Shown one piece after another: positions 11,482-22,150 of a stretch of 64,000 nt of DNA. The translations under genes and the position numbers were made by a program. The DNA comes from Nitrospirales bacterium (GTDB lineage: Bacteria > Nitrospirota > Nitrospiria > Nitrospirales > UBA8639): positions 2,208,001 to 2,272,000 of the forward strand of contig OY820905.2 in NCBI GenBank assembly GCA_963555755.3. The letters are read 5' to 3'. Numbering within the stretch: position 1 is the stretch's first letter; the number at the start of each line of letters is the position of its first letter. The notes under the pieces are model-generated. The model saw only the letters and a program-made list of their open reading frames with translations. It was not told where the DNA came from and did no database searches.

Positions 11482-13326
11482 CGGATCTTCCCCCCATGTT
11501 TTCACCCTAAGCTGTTGGAATCCTTTAGGAAAAAGGTAGATTGCTCGCTATAATGTAGGCATGTAATTATTGAATTTGCATTGCTATAATGCGAAATATA
11601 TGCTACATATAAAGCATGTATATCGCCAGCGTCCCCAACCGCACGTCCCCGCCCGCCATTTTGTTGCGTGAAAGCTACCGGGAGGATGGCAAGGTCAAGA
11701 CCCGGACCCTGGCCAATCTCACCTCATGGCCCCCGGTCCGTGTGGACGCGCTCAAGCGCTGCCTCTGCGGGGATTTCGATGGAACGGGAGACGATGAGGC
11801 CCCAGTCAGCGATCGGATCTTTGGCGTGCTCTTCGCCCTCAAAGCGCTGGCCCAGCGAGTCGGGATTGTCTCGGCCTTGGGGCAGAAGGCTGTCGCAACG
11901 CTCGCGCTATTTCTCGTGCTGGCACGGGTCGCCCACCAGGGCTCGCGGCTGTCGGCGGTGCGGTGGGCGGCCGACCATGCGGTGGCTGAAGTCCTGGGCC
12001 TGCCCGCCTTTGACGAGGATGACCTGTACGAGGCCTTAGACTGGTTGGGCACCCAACAAGCAGCCATCGAGAAGAAACTGTATCGGGCCTCTGTCCAGCG
12101 GACCGGCCAGCCCCCAGTCTTGGTGCTCTATGACGTGACCTCCTCCTATTTTGAGGGGGACAAGAATGAACTGGCCGCCTATGGGGATAACCGGGACGGC
12201 AAGAAACACAAGAAGCAGATTGTCATTGGCTTGCTGACAGGGCCGGATGGTGAGCCGCTGGCCGTCACGGTGTTCAAGGGGAATACGGCGGATCCCCGCA
12301 CGGTCGCCGAGCAGATTGAACGGATCAAGACCCAGTTCAAGATCACCGACGTCGTGTGTGGGGGGGATCGGGGGATGGTGAAAGCCGCAGGCAAGGCGGC
12401 CCTCACCGAGCAGGGACTCAAGTACCTCACCGCCCTCACTGACCCGCAGATTCGCACCTTGCTGAAGAAAGATGTGCTCCAACTCAATTTGTTTGATGAG
12501 ACGATACAGGAAGTGGAGGAAGGCGCTCGTCGGCTGATTCTGCGGCGGAACGAGGCGTTGCGCCACACGGTGGCCACGCGACGGCAGGACAAGGTGGCCA
12601 CGCTGCAGCAGAAAGTCGCGGCGCGCAATGCGTTTGTCCAGACGGCCACGCGGGCCACCCCGGCGGCGGGACAGCGGCAGCTGACCCAGTGGGCCAAGAA
12701 GCACAAGCTCTCCACCTTCATCACGCTCGCCCTTCAGGATACTCAGCTCATAATCGAGATCGATGAGGCCAAGCAGGCCGATGCGGCCCTGTTGGATGGC
12801 TGCTCGGTGCTGGAGACGGATGTCGCCCGGGAGACGATGGAGCCCTCGACGGTGGATGCCCGGTACCGGGATCTGCAACGGGTGGAACGCGACTTCCGGA
12901 CAATGAAGACGGGCTTGCTCGAACTGCGCCCCATCTTTGTGCGGAAGGAGTGCCGCACCCGTGGTCATGTCTTCGCCTCGATGCTCGCCCTGAAAGTGGC
13001 ACGGGAAGGCGAGCGAGGCCTGAAGGAGGCGTTTGGGACGACGGAGCAGAGTGCCCAGGCACTCACGCTCGATGATGCTCTGGCGGCCCTGTCACGGTTG
13101 TGTTTCCAACGCCAGGAGATCGGCGGGCAAGAGGTGCTGCAACTGGCTCGACCCGATGCCCGACAGGCGGCCATCTTTACCGCATTGGGGATCACCCCTC
13201 CCACCACCACACGGCCAGCCAAGGGGCACATGTAGGCAGAAGCGCGGCCACGCCAAGACCGTGACTTCTTCAATGACATCAAGAGGTTAGAGCCAAAAAC
13301 TCGCCTAAAACTCGGGGGAAGATCCG
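11482..13326 (+). mobile_element. IS1634 family insertion sequence
   Basis: TIR CGGATCTTCCCCC / GGGGGAAGATCCG; 5-bp TSD TCTGA at 11477-11481 and 13327-13331. Confidence 0.9.
11616..13235 (+). CDS. IS1634 family transposase
   Basis: LLRESYREDGKVKTRTLANL, LYDVTSSYFEG, DRGM, VERDFRTMKT. Confidence 0.92.
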   Translation: MYIASVPNRTSPPAILLRESYREDGKVKTRTLANLTSWPPVRVDALKRCLCGDFDGTGDDEAPVSDRIFGVLFALKALAQRVGIVSALGQKAVATLALFLVLARVAHQGSRLSAVRWAADHAVAEVLGLPAFDEDDLYEALDWLGTQQAAIEKKLYRASVQRTGQPPVLVLYDVTSSYFEGDKNELAAYGDNRDGKKHKKQIVIGLLTGPDGEPLAVTVFKGNTADPRTVAEQIERIKTQFKITDVVCGGDRGMVKAAGKAALTEQGLKYLTALTDPQIRTLLKKDVLQLNLFDETIQEVEEGARRLILRRNEALRHTVATRRQDKVATLQQKVAARNAFVQTATRATPAAGQRQLTQWAKKHKLSTFITLALQDTQLIIEIDEAKQADAALLDGCSVLETDVARETMEPSTVDARYRDLQRVERDFRTMKTGLLELRPIFVRKECRTRGHVFASMLALKVAREGERGLKEAFGTTEQSAQALTLDDALAALSRLCFQRQEIGGQEVLQLARPDARQAAIFTALGITPPTTTRPAKGHM

Positions 13327-14364
13327 TCTGAGATCTGCCTCAATTTCCCCGGCCAGCAGTGAGGCTGCGCCCATCCCAAAGATACTGAACCCGTGTCCGG
13401 CCTCCCAGATCCCTTCGACCCCCCCGCGGACCCCATAGACGCTCATGTCCACTGAACTGTTGGAAATACCTGTGGTGAATTCGTCCCCGGTGTAGATCAC
13501 ATCGAAGGTCTGATCCAGGCTCGCATAGCGCAAGCCACCAAAGGTCCGCATGTCCAGTGTGTCGCTCACGACAAAGTTATACCCCGCTTCTATGTCGAAC
13601 ACGTCCAACTTGATTTGGGAAGTGGCCGACGCCGCGTCGGCATTATCCCGGCCATCAGGATGCCACAGCGTAGGTCTCAGGGTGTGACTATCTGCGGGCA
13701 CCATGACGCTATCTGATTCGTTGGCATCCAACCCGGTGTAACGCAGGATCACGTTCCCCCCGGTATTCGGGAAGCGATAGCCGAGTGCGGCCCGCAGGCC
13801 GACTTCGTAGTCATACTCCACCTCCTGGATGCCCCCAATCCCAACTGTTAGGGTGTCCGGGTTAGACCCGGTGGCGTAGTGCAACTGGTTGGTGCTGGGA
13901 CGCAAGAAGATGGCTTCTAAGGACGCATAGATGTTGCCCGTCTGATCGGCCGCGGTCCATGGCACTGGCGCGCTACCGGGCCCCATGCGGCCGCTCACGC
14001 CAGCGGTTTCCACGGCCCCGCCGCCGACTTCGAGCTGTTCGCGCGCAACGGCCAACTCGTCCTGGGTCTGGCGCAAGGCTTTCTCGGCCCTGCGCGCCCG
14101 CGCCACGGCCGCATTCGCTTGCACCGTTGCCACCTTCACCTTCAACTCTAGAATCATCTGGAAGAGCTCCGCATTGGACGGGCCCTCCGCTCCTGCCGGT
14201 AGGACAAACAGCATTCCCAACATCACGAACAGGGCACAGGCTGTTCCTTGACGCAATCCAGAATTCATGAGGTACCTCCTTCGTCTCCCACGGGCAATTT
14301 CGTCCCAGGCATACAGGGGCCCCTATCCGGCCGCGTTACAATGGTTACTATGAGTGAACCCCAT

Positions 14365-14679
14365 GGATAGGATTTTAATAGGGGCTTTTGACCTGCAATG
14401 AAAGTACTAAATAACTTATTTAGGGGTCAATCATCGGACTCCGTCGTTTGACATGTGGGAGTGCCTCTAGGGCGGAGGGTCTGACCGGCCCATTTTTCCA
14501 GGATCGGGCCAGACTGTCGCTCCATTGTGGGTGTGAGTGGGGGAATTGGGCAAAGGGGGAGTGTCGGTTCGGGCACGGAACCGGAAATTAGAGTGAGATT
14601 AGGCTGTTTGCATGAACGCGTCGAGACGGGCTGGGGCGCGTGGTGGCGCCCGAGTGGGCAAGCCCAGATGCGCGAGTAT
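14365..14679 (-). mobile_element. IS91-family remnant: transposase C-terminus plus oriIS-like end
   Basis: 14679-14599 translates ILAHLGLPTRAPPRAPARLDAFMQTA*; downstream AAAAGCCCCTATTAAAATCCTATCC resembles IS91/ISCR ori ends. Confidence 0.6.
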
Positions 14680-14682
14680 AGG

Positions 14683-15275
14683 GTAGAGTAGAACACTGGT
14701 GCTCACCTGGAGCTACTCTCGACCGCTTCGACGCACGCGTCTACCACGGACCACAGCAGTCAGCCATTCCCAGCGTCCCCTCATCAGTAGGGTCGAGGAC
14801 TGGCGCGCCAACGGTAGGGTTCGGTGGCTCCTCCACCCCTTTCGGAGTGGGCCTCAGTCCGACTCCCCTGGTCACGTTTCCAGTCCCCGCCACCTCAAAC
14901 CCGGCGTGCTGATTTCCAGCACCAGGCTTTCCTGGATGCTTCACCTCAAGGGTTATGTGACCTATCGGTCTGGAAAGGCTTTCACGCCGACCCGCTGTAC
15001 CGCACTCGGTAATCTCCAAACAAACCAAGCACCGTGTAGAGCCAGACCTTACTCCACCTCTTCCAGCCAAAGCCGCGACGGTGGCGCACTCGCATCATGT
15101 GACGCCGGACCTTCCGCTCCACCCAATCCTTCACGTAGGATAAACACCGACTCGCATGCCCAATCCGGAAGTAGTTCACCCAGCCCCGTACGATCGGATT
15201 GATCATGGCGATCATCCGTCCCACCGGCTGGGACTGCCCACGTCGGAACACCTCCTTGAGCTTCCGCAGCAACGC
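14683..15275 (-). mobile_element. Partial second copy of the group II twintron (3' end of RT, inner DV-DVI, outer DVI)
   Basis: Highly similar to 15301-15893; same nested junction at 14786/14787; cut off at 15275 by a REP-type end. Confidence 0.85.
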
Positions 15276-15404
15276 TGAAAAGGAAAAGAAAAGGAAAAGG
15301 GTAGAGTAGAGCACTGGTGCATACATGGAGCTGCTCTCGAACGCTTCGACGCACGCGTCTACCACGGACCATAGCAGTCAACAATTCCCAGCGCCCCCTC
15401 ATCA

Positions 15405-17398
15405 GTAGGGTCGAGGACTGGCGCGCCAACGGTAGGGGTCGGTGGCTCCTCCACCCCTTTCAGAGTGGGCCTCAATCCGACTCCCCTGGTCACGGTTCCA
15501 GTCCCCGCCACCTCAAACCCGGCGTGCTGATTTCCAGCACCGGGCTTTCCTGGATGCTTCACCTCAAGGGTTATGTGACCTATCAGCCTGGAAGGACTTT
15601 CATGCCGACCCGTTGTACCGCACTCGGTAATCTCCATATAAGCCAAGTACCGTGTAGAGCCAAACCTTACTCCACCTCTTCCAGCCAAAACCTCGACGGT
15701 GGCGCACTCGCATCATGTGCCGCCGGACCTTCCGCTCCACCCAATCCTTCACGTAGGATAAACACCGACTCGCATGCCCAATCCGGAAGTAGTTCACCCA
15801 GCCCCGTACGATCGGATTGATCATGGCGATCATCCGTCCCACCGGCTGGGATTGCCCGCGTCGGAACACTTCCTTGAGCTTCCGCAGCAACGCGGTGCGC
15901 CGCTTCACCTTCGGTATGTACTGCGGGCGCCACACTCCACGCCGCGACCGCACACGCCGAAAGTCAAAGCCCAGAAAGCCGAAGCTGCCTCCCTGACTCA
16001 GGTCCACGATCCGGCTCTTCTCCTCATTCACCTGAAGGTCTAATTGGGCCAACGCCTCTCGCAGCTTCCGCTCCGCAACCTGCGCCAGTCGTGCGTGGCG
16101 GCGATAGCCATCCACTAACACGACGAGGTCATCCGCAAACCGGACATACTCGAGATACGTATACTGGCCCTGCCGGGTTGTCTCCTTCAGCTGCTCCAGC
16201 CTCTCATCCACTTCCGTGAGATAGAGGTTGGCCAGCAGCGGGGAAATCACACCCCCTTGAGGCACCCCACGCGGGCCGGACGCCTTGACGATGAGTTTCA
16301 CCAGCCGCAGGATCGCGGGATCCTGGATGCGTCGGGCCACCTTCGCCAGCAGCCGGTCATGCCGCACCGTGTCGAAGAAGGCCGCCAGATCCACATCAAT
16401 CACTCGCGTCTTGTTCTGCACCATCGCCTGAGCCACCCGGCCAATCGCCTGATGGGCTGTCCGTTTCGGTCGATACCCATACGACCCGTCCCGAAAATCC
16501 GCCTCAAAGATCGGTTCCAGCAGGAGCTTGAGCGCTCCCTGTACCACGCGGTCCCGAATCGCGGGTATCCCTAAGACGCGGACTCGTCCACCGCCTTTCG
16601 AAATCTCCACGTGCCGGTTCCGCATCGGTCGGTAGGTCTGCGTGACCAGTTCGTCCCGTAGTCGTGCAAGAAAGGGCTCCACCCCCGTGGCCTCGATGAC
16701 CGCAAACGTCACCCCATCAATGCCGGGGGCTCCGTTGTTCTTCTTCGCCATCGAATAGGCCGCGCGTAGCGTCGCCTCTTTGCACACGTGGACGTACAGG
16801 CCCCACACCCGCCATCGCTTCTCAGCCTTCGCCTTGACGTAGAGCCGCTGTCGCAGGTCTTGCAGTGTAATGGACGCCGTTGTCATCTCGTCCCTGCCTC
16901 CCATGTTGATCACAGCCTACAGCCAGTAGGGCTCCTTTGCTCCACAGGCATTACCCTGCTTCCTCGCTCCTACGAGCCCCTCCGCCACCCTCTCGTCTTC
17001 GACTCACTTCCCAGAGAGCTGGTTATAGAGCCGATCTTCCTCCAGGGATTTCTCCCTGGGACGAGGAGGGCTTCTCCAGTTGCGTCGTCTGTCCTTGCTC
17101 CCGTGCTGTCGCTCTCACCCCGCCGGAGTGGCCAGGCGTCTCAGCCTTGGTTCGCCTGTCCATGCCGTCTTCGTCCTACGGACAGGGACTCGACCTCCGA
17201 GGTTTCATACTTTCGAGGCTACCTCTGCGTTCACTTGCGTTACGGCCCGGGAACTCGCTCACCATCCTCTACGATGGCTTTGTCGATGGGCTTCAGCGTC
17301 TCGGTTTCTCTCCACGCTGCCATCCAAGCTACAGGGCTCCGGCTCTTACCCTGGTGGGCTTGCTTCCCACTGAACAGTCTCGCCTTACCTGGACACAC
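15405..17398 (-). mobile_element. Inner group II intron (IIB-type DV), about 2.0 kb
   Basis: 5' GTGTG at 17398; DV GAAAGCCCGGTGCTGGAAATCAGCACGCCGGGTTTG; 3' end CCTCGACCCTAC at 15405. Confidence 0.88.
15600..16913 (-). CDS. ltrA: Group II intron reverse transcriptase/maturase, no endonuclease domain
   Basis: GAPGIDG, LGIPAIRDRVVQ, SYGYRP, GVPQGGVISPLLANLYL, RFADD, FLGFDF, INPIVRGWVNYF. Confidence 0.95.
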   Translation of the reverse strand: MINMGGRDEMTTASITLQDLRQRLYVKAKAEKRWRVWGLYVHVCKEATLRAAYSMAKKNNGAPGIDGVTFAVIEATGVEPFLARLRDELVTQTYRPMRNRHVEISKGGGRVRVLGIPAIRDRVVQGALKLLLEPIFEADFRDGSYGYRPKRTAHQAIGRVAQAMVQNKTRVIDVDLAAFFDTVRHDRLLAKVARRIQDPAILRLVKLIVKASGPRGVPQGGVISPLLANLYLTEVDERLEQLKETTRQGQYTYLEYVRFADDLVVLVDGYRRHARLAQVAERKLREALAQLDLQVNEEKSRIVDLSQGGSFGFLGFDFRRVRSRRGVWRPQYIPKVKRRTALLRKLKEVFRRGQSQPVGRMIAMINPIVRGWVNYFRIGHASRCLSYVKDWVERKVRRHMMRVRHRRGFGWKRWSKVWLYTVLGLYGDYRVRYNGSA

Positions 17399-18040
17399 AA
17401 CCGTGCGTATAGTTTTCCCATACACGGCTTTCCGATGTTCTTCTTCCAGAGGCATGCGTCTGTCATTAGCCAATAGCCAAATTCAGACTTGGCCTTCCGA
17501 GATAGTTTCCTCTGTAGTGTCCTGATCGTACTTGGGGTTGATAGCGCGATGGCAATCCCCGGATCCTCCACTCGTCGAAAACGCGAACAAAGTAGGGTCC
17601 CTTCCCTCGGGCCGGGTTGTGTTGTCCCAGGCCCTCCAACGGTACTATGAACCCCTCCGACTCCCACGACGGCCCCTGACGATTTCGGTATCCCTTATAC
17701 GTCGGGGTTGCTGGCTCTATCCCAGCACCGTCGCGGGTCTCCCGTCCTGCACGGTGTCTCTTCCACCACATGCCATCCCTGCTACCCCGGAAGATCCTGA
17801 GGGTGGGTGTTCGTTCTACTCCCTCAGACAGCGGCCTTCCCCTTCTGACCACAGGGTCGGCATCTCCAAATAAGTCACGAGGCTACGTCTAGGTTCGCTT
17901 GCGCTACGGCCTGCAGCTTTGCCCATGGGAAACTTCAACCCCTGATTACTCAGACGCTGCTTCCCGGTGCTAGAAAGGTGTACGAACAACTCCTTTCGCG
18001 GGACTTTAACCCGCTAGACACACCGCCGATGACGGCATGC

Positions 18041-18494
18041 GGTCAAATCTTTGGTTGAAAAGGGGTCAAATCTTTGGTTGAGAGTTTCGCTTCAAACTCC
18101 TCGCCGCTCTTGCACCCACTGCTTTTTTCTGGGAGCGCCATCTTCTCTTCCGAGCAGGGGGCGTAATCTAAAGTTTTAGTCAACCAAAGATTTGACCCCT
18201 TTTTCGCGTCGGAACACCTCCTTGAGCTTCCGCAGCAACGCTGAAAAGGGGTCAAAATCTTTGGTTGAGAGTTTCGCTTCAAACTCCTCGCCGCTCTTGC
18301 ATCCACTGCTTTTTTCTGGGAGCGCCATCTTCTCTTCCGAAAAGGGGTCAAATCTTTGGTTGAGAGTTTCGCTTCAAACTCCTCGCCGCTCTTGCATCCA
18401 CTGCTTTTTTCTGGGAGCGCCATCTTCTCTTCCGAGCAGGGGGCGTAATCTAAAGTTTTAGTCAACCAAAGATTTGACCCCTTTTTGACCCCTT
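18041..18494. mobile_element. Cluster of family E REPIN-like elements (full 18061-18200, partial 18247-18338, full 18343-18482)
   Basis: Repeated GGGGTCAAATCTTTGGTTGA ends and a shared ~100-bp core. Confidence 0.85.
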
Positions 18495-18533
18495 TTCACA
18501 AGCTTTGGCAATAGCCACATATTCTCACGACCC

Positions 18534-19586
18534 TGAAATGTGTTTCGTTTCAGCACATGTTGGACACATGAGGGGGGATTGTGAAGGTGATGTTTTTGGC
18601 TCATCGTAGTTCATGAAAGGAGCGATGATGAAGCCCAAACAGGACACCAAAGTTGAAGCGGACAAGCTGGTCCGAGACATCAAGCGAGCGACGCGGCGGA
18701 AGTTCACTGCCGAAGAGAAGATCCGGATCGTACTGGCCGGCTTACGTGGCGAAGAAAGTATCGCTGAGCTGTGCCGCCGTGAGGGCCTCCACCAGAATTT
18801 GTAGTACCGCTGGAGCAAGGAGTTTCTGGAAGCAGGGAAAACGCGCTTGGCCGGGAATGCTGAGCGTGACGCCAGCAGTGGCGATGTCAGCCGGCTGCGT
18901 AAGGAATCTGCTCAGCTCAAGGACGCCCTCGCCGAGATGCTGCTGGCGAACCGGCGGCTCCAAAAAAGCGTACTCGGGACTGGGGCGGACGCTTGATGAG
19001 ATATACGGCAGCGGAAAAGCTGGAGATCATCCGCACCGTCGAGGACAGGTCGCTCGGGAGCAAGCAGACGCTGGCGCCGCTGGGCATTCCCAAGGCCACG
19101 TGTTACCACTGGTACGACCGGTACCTGCCCGGCGGCGTGGCGGCTCTGGACGACCGGAAGCCTGTGCCCCACGCTATATGGAAGAAGGTGCCAGCGAATG
19201 TTCGGCAAGCCCTTGTCGAGATGGCATTTGATCTGTCTGAGCTCTCCCCGCGGGAGTTGGCTATCAGCTTTACTGACGAACGTCGCTCTTTCATCTCTGA
19301 AGCCACCGCCTACCGCATCCTCAAAGAGCATGATCTGGGCACCTCTCCAGCCTGGATCGGCATGAAGGCGGCAGGTTTAGCCAAAAAACAACGCCCCAAA
19401 CTGCTTAGTGATAATGGACCATGCTACATCTCAGCAGAATTGCAGGATTGGCTGAAGGAAAATGGGCTGAGTCACACTCGCCGCAAGCCCTACCATCCGA
19501 TGACGCAAGGCAAAATCGAGCGCTGGCACCGCTCGCTGAAAAAAGGCCAGGTTCGGGAAAGGCTGCATCCCACTACACGCCAATGA
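18534..19586 (+). pseudogene. IS3 family element, degraded (orfA stop at 18802-18804; orfB internally deleted)
   Basis: RRKFTAEEKIRIV..GEESIAELCRREG; LLSDNGPCY; PMTQGKIERWH. Confidence 0.85.
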
Positions 19587-19597
19587 CCTCACGGATT

Positions 19598-19972
19598 TTA
19601 AGGTTCAAGGCACACGCGACTCATTTGATCAAACACAGTTTGAAAATCATGAATCGCATCTTGTAATTCGGTTTCCACCTGGGCGAGGTCGCGTACCTTC
19701 CTGGGCACCTCAGACTGATAGGTCAGGCAGTCCTGTAGGGTTGTTTGATTCACAATCATATTATGTTTACAGACTTCCAAGGTGGCGAAGGCCACATTGG
19801 TGGTGGATTCTGCCTGTCCGACCTCTCGCTCTTTAGCCTGAACAGCGTCTTGTGCTCTCGTCAGTTTGGTCAGGGCTCCTCTACAAGCAAGGTCTCCTGG
19901 GGCAGCCCACAACAACCCACCCCCCATGAAGAGAAGACTGAAAAATGAAACAAATAAGATTGATAATTTCAT
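19598..19972 (-). CDS. Hypothetical secreted helical protein with four Cys
   Basis: Signal peptide MKLSILFV...LWA; coiled-coil-like body. Confidence 0.65.
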   Translation of the reverse strand: MKLSILFVSFFSLLFMGGGLLWAAPGDLACRGALTKLTRAQDAVQAKEREVGQAESTTNVAFATLEVCKHNMIVNQTTLQDCLTYQSEVPRKVRDLAQVETELQDAIHDFQTVFDQMSRVCLEP

Positions 19973-20620
19973 GGCAGTCCGTCGGAACATCCTAAATGAA
20001 TTGAACACGATTGGCCTCAATACTACTATCAGGGTTGGAGAAGGAAGGAAACAAGCCCCTCGAAAGAGGGGGGGGGCGCGACAGGAAGGGTGGCTGTTTG
20101 AAGCATCCTCGCCCTAGCCTCTCATCTGGCGGGCTGTCGTTCTCATAAGTCCTGTGAAGCCACCGCATGTCTCGACGGGTGGATACATGCTTTTTCCCCG
20201 TATGGTCAAAAAAACTTATCCAACCTTGCGGTATCTATAGTATTCAAATATTTCATTGGGAACGAATTTATAGAAGGGACAGGGGGTCGCGATTTTCCTC
20301 GTCTGATTTCCTCAATAAGGCCACTTACCTATGTTTTTATCCTTTACAATTTTAACGTAATGAAATACCTTATGTCTTCTCCGGTGAAGCCCAAATCTTT
20401 TGAACTCAACAACCATGTAATCTCAACTTGCGCGGGGCAGGTCTTATGATCTGCAGCGAAGAGGGCTCCTGCCAAGGAGGGCGGGGCCCTCTTTTTTTTT
20501 CTTCTTGTACAAGGGGCAAACACGCGACAAAGTAGACAAGGCGGCGGGGGTGGCGAGTAGGGCACCCGACGACTACGGCATCATCAAGGGCGCGGTGCAT
20601 TTTGCCGCGTTCAAATCAGA

Positions 20621-21015
20621 CTACTTGATTCGTTTTTGTCTACTGATCACGAAGTAGTCCAATGCTGATTTTACCGACTGGATGAATGTGTCACCAATCA
20701 TAAGAATTTCTACGGCATCCAGACCTGGTTGCCCAATGGCTCGAATGATCGGTTCCCCAATAAGCAGTGATCCTTGGGATGGATCAGACAAGAGTTGCCG
20801 CTGAATGTGATAAACAATGTCATCAGGTATGACTTGCTTTTTGTTGAGGTCGTACACCCTCGTCCGAGTGACGGTGTCTCCTTCAAGATAGTAAGTGATC
20901 TCGAATTGACCCTTTGAACGCTTCATCTCTCCATCCGCATAGACATAACTTTCCACTTCTTGGGTATTGGTCGTTTCCCCCCCAAAGATACCCTCACATA
21001 CAAAAAACATCAGGA
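20621..21015 (-). CDS. Hypothetical protein; start uncertain, possibly truncated
   Basis: Protein-like C-terminal ~115 aa of ORF 20621-21181. Confidence 0.4.
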
Positions 21016-21208
21016 ATACGATCAGGAAAGGTGGTTGGGTCGGGGGTTCCCTTACTTCCAGGAAGGGCCAAGGACAAAAGTGCTGATTGCCACTGAAGAC
21101 ATACGAACATTCCTGACACGGCGGCAGGGGCCGAAGTCTAGCTTGGATGTGATGGTGGAGGCGGTGGTTAAGGAACTCCAACCTTCAAAAAGAGAGCAAT
21201 CAGAATAG
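21015..21208 (+). pseudogene. Possible excisionase/HTH remnant
   Basis: TIRK then frameshift to WLGRGFPYFQEGPRTKVLIATEDIRTFL. Confidence 0.35.
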
Positions 21209-21234
21209 TGAAGGCGAGCAGTGCGACCCCATGA

Positions 21235-22041
21235 TTATTTTCCCTTCGCCTTCCACTCCCTGGCCAACCGTTGAGCCACGGCGATTTGTTGGGGAGTCAT
21301 AGACGTCGCAACCGCATTACGTATTTTCACTGCATCCCTACCGCCTTGAGAAGCCGCGAGATCGGCCCACTTATGGGCGAGCACGTCATCCTGGAGAACG
21401 CCTTGACCGAAATGGTACATCGAGGCCAGGTTGGACTGGGCCTTCTCCTCTCCCTGCTCCGCGGCCAAGCGATACCACCTCGCCGCCTCCCGATAATCCT
21501 GCGCCACCCCAAGGCCGTTGTCGTACATGACCCCTAGGTTGTACTGGGCTGACGCATACCCCTGCTCCGCAGCGAGGCGAGACCACTTCGCTGCCTTTTG
21601 ATAATCCCGCTGGACACCCTGGCCGTTGGCATACATCCTTCCCAGGAAAAACTGGGCCAACGCCTTCCCTTGCTCCGCGGCTTTCGTGTACCATTTCGCC
21701 GCCTTTTGATCATCCTCCGGCACGCCCCAGCCGTTGTCATACATGAGCCCCAGGTTGTACTGGGCCACCGCATCTCCCTGCTCCGCGGCCAAACGATACC
21801 ACTTCACCGCCTCCCGATCATCCTCCGACACCCCAAGGCCGAAGTCATACATGATACCCACGTTGTACTGGGCCACTGCATCTCCCTGCTCCGCCAATGG
21901 CCGAAATTCTGCCAGGGCAGTGTTGTAGTCGCCACGCTCGTAGGCATCTGCCCCTGTCTGAAAATCGGCCCAGGCAGGAAAGGCGAGCATGAGGCCCAAC
22001 CCCACCACAATATAAAAATATGTGAGTAACCTTTTGTTCAT
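21235..22041 (-). CDS. Sel1-repeat (TPR-like) secreted protein
   Basis: Repeated AAEQG.A.AQYNLG.MYD.G.GV..D; signal peptide. Confidence 0.95.
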   Translation of the reverse strand: MNKRLLTYFYIVVGLGLMLAFPAWADFQTGADAYERGDYNTALAEFRPLAEQGDAVAQYNVGIMYDFGLGVSEDDREAVKWYRLAAEQGDAVAQYNLGLMYDNGWGVPEDDQKAAKWYTKAAEQGKALAQFFLGRMYANGQGVQRDYQKAAKWSRLAAEQGYASAQYNLGVMYDNGLGVAQDYREAARWYRLAAEQGEEKAQSNLASMYHFGQGVLQDDVLAHKWADLAASQGGRDAVKIRNAVATSMTPQQIAVAQRLAREWKAKGK

Positions 22042-22060
22042 GTTTTTACTCTAGGTCATT

Positions 22061-22120
22061 TTGGTCTTGCCCCGGTTTCGTGGACAGGTTCGTAAAGAGT
22101 GTTTACCGATCATTAGAGGC
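22061..22120 (+). mobile_element. Isolated IS3-type terminal fragment
   Basis: TGGTCTTGCCCCGGTTTCGTGGACA resembles IS3-family ends; no transposase follows. Confidence 0.35.
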
Positions 22121-22150
22121 CATCAAAGTCGGAATCTTCCAGTTTACCTC

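Larger units (their letters stand above)
11198..14268 (-). pseudogene. Outer-membrane beta-barrel (Lpg1974/porin-like) with N-terminal coiled coil, split by IS1634
   Basis: Removing the IS and one TCTGA rejoins ...EIEADLR|QNDVGGNG... in frame; signal peptide; C-terminal Phe (GGEVTF). Confidence 0.85.
15301..18040 (-). mobile_element. Outer group II intron with internally deleted ORF (segments 17399-18040 and 15301-15404)
   Basis: RT N-terminal relic TPSTIRTLQRKLSRKAK; DV GAAAGCCGTGTATGGGAAAACTATACGCACGGTT|TGATGAGGGGGCGCTGG; 3' end CTCTACTCTAC; degenerate 5' end GCATGCCGTC. Confidence 0.75.

Noticed and set aside
14683..16913. RT plus ~590-bp near-duplicate as a diversity-generating retroelement (TR/VR)
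   Set aside because: The RT is a group II maturase within DV/DVI-bearing RNA. The duplicate is the intron's own 3' end, differences are not adenine-specific, and there is no avd or target gene.
18041..18494. CRISPR-like array
   Set aside because: Repeats occur in both orientations, the intervening cores are identical, spacing is irregular, and no cas genes are present.
20440..20610. oriT or structured ncRNA
   Set aside because: Hairpins are present, but there is no convincing nic consensus or RNA family match and no relaxase in the window.
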